Below, piece after piece: positions 9,044 to 15,600 of a stretch of DNA of 33,006 bases (its first letter is position 1; every line of letters starts with the position of its first letter). The position numbers and the translations under genes were made by a program. The notes under the pieces are model-generated. The model worked only from the letters and a program-made list of their open reading frames with translations. It was not told the DNA's origin and did no database searches. Origin of the DNA: Candidatus Limnocylindria bacterium (GTDB lineage Bacteria; Chloroflexota; Limnocylindria; QHBO01); the NCBI GenBank assembly GCA_039917955.1, contig JBDSIN010000184.1, forward strand, positions 1 through 33,006, written 5' to 3'.

Positions 9044-9078
9044 CGGGAGGCCTCCCGGTCGATTGTACGGGCTAGACT
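9044..9078. promoter_or_regulatory. Back-to-back -10 elements and a palindrome between fchA and the formyltransferase
   Basis: TACAAT on minus (9067-9062), TAGACT on plus (9073-9078), perfect palindrome CGGGAGGCCTCCCG (9044-9057). Confidence 0.45.
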
Positions 9079-9087
9079 TCGAACTGC

Positions 9088-9936
9088 ATGAGCGAGGCTG
9101 CCTGGCGGATCGTCCTGATCACCACCGTTCCGCCGGTGGCCGACGCGATGGTGCCCGTCCTGCGCGAGCTTGGTCACGAGCCGGTCGCCATCCTGAGCGC
9201 CCGCCGTGGCCAGCCTTCGGCGGCGGGCCGTCCGCCGATCAACGACGAGACCGCCCCGAGCGGGCTGGACGTGATGATCGCGCGCGACAAGTGGTCGGTC
9301 GAACCGATGCTGCGCGCCTGCCGGCCCGACCTGGCGTTGTGCTGGGGCTTCCCGTGGCGCATTCCACTCGCCGCCCTGCAGGTCCCCTCGCTCGGATCGG
9401 TGAACTGTCATCCGGCGCTGCTGCCACGCCACCGCGGCCCGATCCCCCTCTCCTGGGCGTTCCGCGACGGTGACGGGCAGTTCGGCGTGACCTGGCATCG
9501 CATGGACGCCGAGCTCGACACCGGAGCGATCCTGGCTCAGACGACCGTGCCGATGCACGACGACGACTACGCGATTGAGCAGGTCGGGCCGCGCATCGGC
9601 ACAGCCGCGATCGGCCTGCTGCCGGGCGTGCTGGCCCGAATCGCCGCAGACGACCCCGGCGACCCGCAACCGGCCGAGGGGGTGACCTGGGCCGGGCACT
9701 TCGGCGAGGACTACGCCTCGATCGACTGGTCGCAGCCGGCTCGGCGCATCCACGACCAGGTGCGTGCATGGGCATTCACCTTCGGCCTCTCGAAAGTGGC
9801 TGGCCCGATCGCCGAGCTCGACGGACATCCGGTTAGGGTGCAGCGCACGTCGCTCACCGATCCGAGTGGCGACGCACGCCGGGTCGAATGCGGCGACGGC
9901 CCGATCTGGGTCGTGGAGTACGAGCCGGCGAGCTAG
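9088..9936 (+). CDS. Methionyl-tRNA formyltransferase-like 10-formyl-THF-dependent formyltransferase
   Basis: NCHPALLPRHRGPIP and GVTWHRMDAELDTG carry the Asn/His/Asp triad. IDWSQPA..IH.QVRA begins an Fmt-type C-terminal domain. The Fmt N-terminal FMGTP motif is absent. Confidence 0.8.
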   Translation: MSEAAWRIVLITTVPPVADAMVPVLRELGHEPVAILSARRGQPSAAGRPPINDETAPSGLDVMIARDKWSVEPMLRACRPDLALCWGFPWRIPLAALQVPSLGSVNCHPALLPRHRGPIPLSWAFRDGDGQFGVTWHRMDAELDTGAILAQTTVPMHDDDYAIEQVGPRIGTAAIGLLPGVLARIAADDPGDPQPAEGVTWAGHFGEDYASIDWSQPARRIHDQVRAWAFTFGLSKVAGPIAELDGHPVRVQRTSLTDPSGDARRVECGDGPIWVVEYEPAS

Positions 9937-10193
9937 GCCGCCAGGTCGAGCGCCTCGACGAACCAGCGCCGTCCGCGCGGGTCGTAGACGAGGGTCGCCT
10001 GCCCGCCGCTGCTTTCGACCAGGAAGGTAATCCGCGGGCCGCGCTCGGCGGGATAGGCGGCGGTCTCGTCGCGTACGGCGTCGACCGCGGTGACCGTCAG
10101 CTCGCGACCCGCGACACGAACGGCGGCTGGCCGGGCGCGCTTGCGATCCCAGCGCACCTGCGCTGGGGTTGGGGTGATGGGGGTCAGTGCCAT
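9933..10193 (-). CDS. 86-aa putatively LexA-regulated protein, ImuB C-terminal/DUF6504-like
   Basis: ATG 10193 with AAGGAG SD at 10210-10205. Pattern P..vrv.Gr...V..V...R.tF.V...G....L.YD....RW.V...D resembles DUF6504/ImuB-C by eye. Confidence 0.65.
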   Translation of the reverse strand: MALTPITPTPAQVRWDRKRARPAAVRVAGRELTVTAVDAVRDETAAYPAERGPRITFLVESSGGQATLVYDPRGRRWFVEALDLAA

Positions 10194-10234
10194 GGTGTCG
10201 ATTGCTCCTTGCGCTGCTACCTGCCCTCGGCACT

Positions 10235-10246
10235 GAACAGGTGTTC
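10235..10246. promoter_or_regulatory. LexA (SOS) box GAACAGGTGTTC
   Basis: Exact GAAC-N4-GTTC, identical to the box upstream of lexA, just downstream of the predicted TSS of the 86-aa gene. Confidence 0.85.
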
Positions 10247-10258
10247 GAGTGGAGCCCG

Positions 10259-10287
10259 ATGATACGAACATCTGTTCTAGATGTCAA
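10259..10287 (-). promoter_or_regulatory. Sigma70-type promoter TTGACA-N17-TATCAT with LexA box GAACATCTGTTC in the spacer
   Basis: -35 at 10287-10282, -10 at 10264-10259, box at 10266-10277. Confidence 0.85.
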
Positions 10288-10318
10288 TACCCTGCATCGG
10301 CCCCGGCTCGCATGTTTT

Positions 10319-11533
10319 TCACTCGTCGTCAGGCGGCGCTTCGGGGCGCTCGCCGAAGTCGAATCGGCGTCGATCGGTATGGCCGATCAGTCTTGCCCGA
10401 GTGATGGCGCGCTCCCCGAACCGTTCTCGCACGGCGTCGATGCTTCGGGTGAGTCGATCCCTGCGGTCGGCATCGTCAAAGAGTGTCAGCTGCTGTGCAT
10501 CGGCCAGGTTGATGGCGGTCAGGCCGATCAGGCGGACGGCGCGCTCGGCGGAGAGCACCTTCCGCAGCAGGCTCACGCCGGCGGCGTGGATCGGGCCGGA
10601 CTCGCGCGTCTGGCTCGGCAGCGGCATCTGTCGAGTGATCGTCTCGAACCCCTCGTATCGCAGCTTCAGCTGCACCGCCCCCGCGGCCAGGTCGTGGTGA
10701 CGGAGCCGGCTGGCGACCGATTCGGCCAGGTCGAGCAGCGTCGCCTCAAGGCGCGCCAGGTCGGTGACATCGCGGTCGAAGGTCAGTTCGTGACCGATGC
10801 TCTTGGCCCCCTGGCCGGGCACCACCGGCGAGGGATCCAACCCGCGAGCGCGTTCTGCCAGATCCGCGCCGTGGCTGCCGAAGCGCCGGCGCAGCGTCCC
10901 TTCGGGAAGCGCGGCGAGCTGCCCGATGGTGGCTACTCCGTACTCCGCGAGTGCCTGCCGCGCCTGCGGTCCGACCCCCCACAGCCGGCTCACCGGCAAC
11001 GGTGCGAGGAAAGCTGCCTCTCTGCCGGGCGAGACCACCACCAGCGCGTCGGGCTTGCGCAGGTCCGAGGCGACCTTGGCACACAGCTTGTTCGTCGCCA
11101 CACCGACGCTGACCACCAGCCCGACCTCGTCGACCACGCGCCTCTTTATCGTGCGCGCAATCGTCTCCCCGTTCCCGAACGCTTCTCTGCTGGAGGTCAC
11201 ATCGAGGAACGCCTCGTCGAGGCTCAGCGGTTCGACGAGCGGCGTGAAGGCGGCGAATATCGCCATCACCTGCCCGGACAGGTCTCGATATCGGTCCGGG
11301 CGACCGGGCAGGAAGACGCCGTCAGGGCAGAGCCGCGCCGCCGTGCGCAGCGGCATCGCCGAGTGCACCCCGAATTTCCGTGCCGCGTACGAGGCGGCAC
11401 TCACCACGCCGCGCCCGCCGGGGTCGCCACCGACGATCACGGGCCTACCGCGCAGCGACGGCTGGTCGAGCTCCTCGACGCTGGCGTAGAAGGCGTCGAG
11501 GTCGGCGTGGAGGATGGTGCGCACGGGTGTCAC
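10319..11533 (-). CDS. dinB: Y-family DNA polymerase (DinB/Pol IV-like)
   Basis: HADLDAFYASVE, ASYAARKFGV, SLDEAFLD, KVASDLRKPD and LWGVG motifs; C-terminal QQLTLF clamp motif. An alternative GTG start lies at 11524. Confidence 0.93.
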   Translation of the reverse strand: MTPVRTILHADLDAFYASVEELDQPSLRGRPVIVGGDPGGRGVVSAASYAARKFGVHSAMPLRTAARLCPDGVFLPGRPDRYRDLSGQVMAIFAAFTPLVEPLSLDEAFLDVTSSREAFGNGETIARTIKRRVVDEVGLVVSVGVATNKLCAKVASDLRKPDALVVVSPGREAAFLAPLPVSRLWGVGPQARQALAEYGVATIGQLAALPEGTLRRRFGSHGADLAERARGLDPSPVVPGQGAKSIGHELTFDRDVTDLARLEATLLDLAESVASRLRHHDLAAGAVQLKLRYEGFETITRQMPLPSQTRESGPIHAAGVSLLRKVLSAERAVRLIGLTAINLADAQQLTLFDDADRRDRLTRSIDAVRERFGERAITRARLIGHTDRRRFDFGERPEAPPDDE

Positions 11534-11580
11534 CAGCGTACTGCGGCCGCTGAGGCCGCCATCGGTCTGTAGCCGGCGGA

Positions 11581-12273
11581 TCAGCCGAGCTTGCGAATGA
11601 CGCCGACGACCTTGCCCTGCACCTGGACCTCCGACGCGTAGATCGGCTCCATCTCCGAGTTCGCCGGCTGCAGGCGGATGCGGTCCTTCTCGCGGTAGAA
11701 GCGCTTGAGGGTCACGCCGTTATCCTCGAGCAGGGCAACCACGATGTCGCCGTCGCGGGCGGTCGCCTGCGGCTGCACGACCACGTAGTCGCCGTCGTCG
11801 ATCAGCGCATCGATCATGCTCTTGCCGCGGACGCGGAGGACGTAGGAGTCGTCGCGAGCCTGGAGCGAGCGCGGGACCTCCAGCGTTTCCGTCCCCTCGG
11901 CGTACGCCTCGATCGGTCGTCCGGCGGCGATCTCGCCGATCACTGGCAGCGCCAGCAGATCACGCTCGACCGGCATGCGGAAGGGTGTGACCCGGCCGCG
12001 TTCGGCGGCCTCCCGTGGCACTGCTCGGGGGCGTCCGCCGCTCAACTCGGCCTCGCCCCGAGCGGTCAGCCGCAGTGCGCGCGACGACCGGGAGCCCCGC
12101 TCGATCAGTCCGTCACGCTCGAGCGCAGTCAGGTGATGATGGACGGCCGATGGTGACGCGAGGCCCACCACCTCGCCGATCTCGCGGACGCTGGGTGGGT
12201 AGCCCCGCTCGGCAACCGCACGGGCGATGCTTTCGAGGATTCGCATCCGGCGGGCGGCGTCATGACTGGTCAA
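11581..12273 (-). CDS. lexA: LexA repressor
   Basis: PPSVREIG..VGLASPSAVHHHL winged HTH, IAAG cleavage site, GKSM (Ser) and TLKR (Lys) catalytic dyad. TTG start with AGGAG SD. Confidence 0.96.
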   Translation of the reverse strand: MTSHDAARRMRILESIARAVAERGYPPSVREIGEVVGLASPSAVHHHLTALERDGLIERGSRSSRALRLTARGEAELSGGRPRAVPREAAERGRVTPFRMPVERDLLALPVIGEIAAGRPIEAYAEGTETLEVPRSLQARDDSYVLRVRGKSMIDALIDDGDYVVVQPQATARDGDIVVALLEDNGVTLKRFYREKDRIRLQPANSEMEPIYASEVQVQGKVVGVIRKLG

Positions 12274-12319
12274 GGTTCACTCCTGGTGCGGCGTGGGCTG
12301 CGCACGGTCTTCGGCGCCC

Positions 12320-12349
12320 ACCATAGCCGAACAGGTGTTCTAATGTCAA
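12320..12349 (-). promoter_or_regulatory. lexA promoter TTGACA-N18-TATGGT with LexA box GAACAGGTGTTC (12329-12340)
   Basis: -35 at 12349-12344, -10 at 12325-12320, box in the spacer. This is the classic autorepression arrangement. Confidence 0.85.
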
Positions 12350-12428
12350 CCGATGATGCGGGCTCGCTCTGGTATCATCGCCGCCCACTCGACCCCCCGC
12401 CGCGGGGACCAGAACAGCGGAGGCCCAG

Positions 12429-12983
12429 GTGAACTCGTCCGGCCGATGGCGCCACGCGCGCTTGGCGCGCCTGATCTGGAAGCTGCCCACGTATGCCCGT
12501 GTCATCTGGGGGATGCTCCGAGATCCACGCACGCCGCTGCCGTTGAAAGGGCTGCTCGGTGCCGCGCTGCTGTATCTCGCCGTCCCGATCGACCTGATCC
12601 CCGACGTGATCCCGATTCTCGGCCAGGCTGACGACCTGACGGTGATGATGCTCGTCCTCGACCTGTTCATCGCCAACGCTCCCGCCGAGGTGCGGGCCGA
12701 GCACATGGCACGGGCCCGCAACGGGACCGCCGACCTGGACCGCGACCTGGCACGGCTGCGCTCGCTCCTGGGGCACCGATACGACGAGATCCGCGACCGA
12801 CTTCCCGAGCTCCTGGAGCGGTATGGTGGCCTTCGCGATCCGGCTGCCGTGAAGAACCTGCTCGGCCACTGGCGAGAGCGCCGGGTTCGAGGGGCGCATG
12901 CCGGGGAGCCCGCAGGAGCGGACCAAGACCGAGAGACTGGCCGGCCCGGCGCTCGCGTGCTGACCGGCGCCGACCTGAACTGA
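12429..12983 (+). CDS. DUF1232/YkvA family membrane protein
   Basis: YLAVPIDLIPDVIPILGQADD signature. GGAGG SD and an extended -10 TGGTATCAT at 12370-12378. Confidence 0.8.
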   Translation: MNSSGRWRHARLARLIWKLPTYARVIWGMLRDPRTPLPLKGLLGAALLYLAVPIDLIPDVIPILGQADDLTVMMLVLDLFIANAPAEVRAEHMARARNGTADLDRDLARLRSLLGHRYDEIRDRLPELLERYGGLRDPAAVKNLLGHWRERRVRGAHAGEPAGADQDRETGRPGARVLTGADLN

Positions 12984-12999
12984 AAGGAACCATGCAGCC

Positions 13000-13446
13000 A
13001 TGAAGGTGATCCTCAAGCACGATGTGAAGGGGCTGGGCCACGCCGGCGACGTCCGCGAGGTGAAGGCCGGCTATGCGCGCAACTTTCTCTTCCCGACCGG
13101 CGCGGCCGCCATTGCCGATGCCGGAGCGCTGAAGAACTGGGAGCGGCATCGCGACGAGCGGGAGGAGCGAGAGCGCGGGCTGCGCGCCGAGGCCGAGGCG
13201 ATGGCCGAGCGCCTGCGCGAGATGCAGCTTGAGATCGCGGTCAAGTCCGGCGAGAGGAACCGTCTCTTCGGGTCAGTCACCAATCGCGAGATTGCCGAGC
13301 TGATCGCCCGCGAGGGGATCGAGATCGATCGCCACGACATCCATGTCCGCCAGCCGATCAAGACCCTCGGCGAGCACAAGGCCGACGTGCACCTGTCGCC
13401 CGGTGTCGACGTGCAGATCACCGTCACGGTGGTGCCCGCCGCCTGA
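13000..13446 (+). CDS. rplI: 50S ribosomal protein L9
   Basis: MKVIL..DVKGLG..GDV.EVK.GYARNFLFP, LFGSVT and PIKTLGEH motifs. Confidence 0.98.
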   Translation: MKVILKHDVKGLGHAGDVREVKAGYARNFLFPTGAAAIADAGALKNWERHRDEREERERGLRAEAEAMAERLREMQLEIAVKSGERNRLFGSVTNREIAELIAREGIEIDRHDIHVRQPIKTLGEHKADVHLSPGVDVQITVTVVPAA

Positions 13447-13516
13447 CCCGGGAGGTCGGGCAGGTCCGGGACAGGCAACGTGTCGCGACCTGCGGTTCTG
13501 ATGGGCCCGCCATGCC

Positions 13517-13593
13517 TCGTCCACAGGCTCATCCACACTTCGCGGTGGCTTATCCCCAGCATCGGTCGCCGGGGGACCGAATCGTCTGGATAA
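13517..13593. promoter_or_regulatory. Cluster of four DnaA-box-like 9-mers upstream of dnaB
   Basis: Against TTATCCACA: TCGTCCACA 13517-13525 (2 mismatches), TCATCCACA 13529-13537 (1), TTATCCCCA 13550-13558 (1), TTATCCAGA on minus 13585-13593 (1). Confidence 0.7.
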
Positions 13594-13639
13594 CTCCGTT
13601 GCGCCGCCGCGGGCGGGGCCATACGGTCACCGGTGACCG

Positions 13640-14989
13640 ATGAGCATCGACAAGCTGGCCCCCCAGGCGGTCGAGGCCGAGCAGAGTGTGCTCGGCTCGA
13701 TCCTGATCGACCCCGAAGCCATCCTCAAGGTGGCCGAGTTCCTGCGTCCGGCCGACTTCTACCGTCAGCCGCATTCCGACATCTACGAGGCGATGCTGGC
13801 GCTGCATGGTCAGCGCGAGCCGATCGACCTGGTGACGCTCGGTGACGAGCTGGCACGCCGCGAACGACTGGAACCGATCGGCGGCCCGGCTTACCTGGCC
13901 AGCGTCATGAACATGGTCCCGACCGCTGTCCACGTCGAGCACTACGGGCGGATCGTCGAGCGTAAGGCCGTGCTCCGCAACCTGATCGGCGCGGCTGGCA
14001 AGATCGCCGCGGTCGGCTACGAGGAGGCCAACGACGCGGAGGCCGCGATCGACCGCGCGGAGGGGATCCTCTTCGAGATCAGCCAGCGCCGCACGGTTGG
14101 CGGCTTCGAATCGCTGGCCACCCTGCTCGGCCTGGCGTACGACCGGCTCGAGTACCTGCACGAGCACCGTGGCCAGATTCTCGGCGTACCGAGCGGGCTG
14201 TCGCAGCTCGATGCGCTGCTCGGCGGCTTCCAACCGTCAGACCTGATCATCCTGGCCGCGCGCCCCAGCGTCGGCAAGACCAGCCTGGCGTTGAATATCG
14301 CGCAGCACGCCGCGATCCGGGAGCGCAAGAAGGTCGGCATCTTCTCGTTGGAGATGAGCCGGGAACAGCTCGCCCTGCGCCTCCTGTCGGCGGAGTCAGG
14401 AATCAATCCACGGCCCCTCCAGAGTGGGTTCGTTGACGAGACCGACTGGAGCAAGATCGCCCAGGTGATGAACGACATGCACGGCGCGCCGATGTGGATC
14501 GACGACTCCCCGGTGCTCACCGTGCTCGAGCTCCGAACCAAGGCCCGGCGACTCGAGGCGGAGCAGCACGGCCTCGACCTGCTGATCGTGGACTACCTGC
14601 AGTTGATGCAGGGCAGCCTCTCCCAGAAGGAGTCGAACCGGGTCCAGGAGGTGAGCGAGATCAGTCGGGGACTCAAGCAGCTCGCCCGCGAGTTGAAGGT
14701 GCCGGTGATCGCGCTGTCGCAGCTGTCCCGCGGGGTGGAGCAGCGCGGCAGTGCCGAGCCGCGCCTCTCGGACCTGCGCGAATCGGGATCGATCGAGCAG
14801 GACGCCGACGTCGTCATCTTCCTATACCGCGACGGTGAGACGACAGCCGATTCGGAGACGGAGCTGATCAAGGCCAAGATCGCCAAGCACCGCAACGGGC
14901 CGATCGGCGAGGTGCCGCTCCAGTTCCGCAAGGCGAACACCCGCTTCTACACCGTGGCCGCTCGCGAGACGGAGGCGGTCGCCTACTAG
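13640..14989 (+). CDS. dnaB: Replicative DNA helicase
   Basis: EAEQSVLG, AARPSVGKT (Walker A), FSLEM, IVDYLQL, LSQLSR, DLRESGSIEQDAD and KHRNGP; 449 aa, no intein. Confidence 0.98.
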   Translation: MSIDKLAPQAVEAEQSVLGSILIDPEAILKVAEFLRPADFYRQPHSDIYEAMLALHGQREPIDLVTLGDELARRERLEPIGGPAYLASVMNMVPTAVHVEHYGRIVERKAVLRNLIGAAGKIAAVGYEEANDAEAAIDRAEGILFEISQRRTVGGFESLATLLGLAYDRLEYLHEHRGQILGVPSGLSQLDALLGGFQPSDLIILAARPSVGKTSLALNIAQHAAIRERKKVGIFSLEMSREQLALRLLSAESGINPRPLQSGFVDETDWSKIAQVMNDMHGAPMWIDDSPVLTVLELRTKARRLEAEQHGLDLLIVDYLQLMQGSLSQKESNRVQEVSEISRGLKQLARELKVPVIALSQLSRGVEQRGSAEPRLSDLRESGSIEQDADVVIFLYRDGETTADSETELIKAKIAKHRNGPIGEVPLQFRKANTRFYTVAARETEAVAY

Positions 14990-15049
14990 CGCGCAGATCG
15001 GCCAACATTCGACGAGTTTTGGACTCTAGGCACACCGTGGGCCCGTGTG

Positions 15050-15186
15050 TATAGTCGGGCGCTGAACGTCCGGTTCACGGCTCCGCCCGAGTCAGACCGA
15101 TCCCGATAGCCGCGATCAGCCCAGGCCCGAGTGGACAGCGCCGTCCATTCCGGGACCGGACGCGCCATGGAGGAGGTCAGGGAAGG
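15050..15186 (+). promoter_or_regulatory. Putative promoter (TATAGT 15050-15055) and structured ~125-nt 5' leader
   Basis: Hairpins at 15063-15077 and 15126-15154; long-range complement between 15067-15074 and 15155-15162. Confidence 0.45.
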
Positions 15187-15495
15187 GTGTACGCGGACAA
15201 GACGATCAGTTGTCGCGACTGCGGCATGGACTTCGTGTTCTCCAGCGGCGAACAGCAGTTCTACGCGGAGAAGGGTCTGGTCAATGAGCCGCAGCGCTGC
15301 CAGAGCTGTCGCTCGGTGGCGAAGCAGAACCGGGCCCTCGGGATCAGCTCCGGCGGTGGCTCCGGCCAGCGTGAGATGCACGCCGCGGTGTGCGCCGAGT
15401 GCGGTGGCCAGGCACTGGTGCCGTTCCTGCCGCGCAACGACCGCCCGGTCTACTGCAGCAGCTGCTTCGACAAGGTGCGCGAGATCCGCACCTGA
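15187..15495 (+). CDS. Zinc-ribbon plus CxxC-x17-CxxC domain protein
   Basis: DK.I.CRDCG..F.FS.GEQ.FY.EKG..NEP.RC..CR followed by CAEC-x17-CSSC. Confidence 0.9.
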   Translation: MYADKTISCRDCGMDFVFSSGEQQFYAEKGLVNEPQRCQSCRSVAKQNRALGISSGGGSGQREMHAAVCAECGGQALVPFLPRNDRPVYCSSCFDKVREIRT

Positions 15496-15516
15496 CCCTT
15501 GGGTGCAGCGACCGAT

Positions 15517-15542
15517 GAAGCGCCGCCCCGGGGCGGCGCTTC
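15517..15542 (+). terminator. Perfect 26-nt palindrome, probable terminator hairpin
   Basis: GAAGCGCCGCCCCGGGGCGGCGCTTC is its own reverse complement and starts about 20 nt after the stop codon. Confidence 0.6.
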
Positions 15543-15600
15543 GGGCGTTCCCGAGCGCTAGGATTGCCCGGCCCACCCCGCACCCGAGGTCCTCGCATCC

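Noticed and set aside
8998-9087. ZTP or THF riboswitch before fchA-folD, and purine riboswitches before pur/gua genes
   Set aside because: No recognisable conserved cores by eye, and the intergenic gaps are short. An Infernal scan would be decisive.
9088-9936. purN
   Set aside because: It lacks the SGxGSN phosphate loop and has an Fmt-type C-terminal domain.
8998-10287. 646-aa ORF suggesting a large fusion to the cyclodeaminase domain
   Set aside because: The first 430 codons are antisense to the formyltransferase and overlap the 86-aa gene in another frame. Family similarity starts at ATG 8997.
13447-13639. oriC
   Set aside because: Only four imperfect boxes, no AT-rich unwinding element and no dnaA/dnaN nearby. 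Kept as a regulatory cluster.
15064-15076. GAAC-GTCCG-GTTC as a fourth LexA box
   Set aside because: The spacer is 5 nt, not 4. It is better explained as an RNA hairpin.
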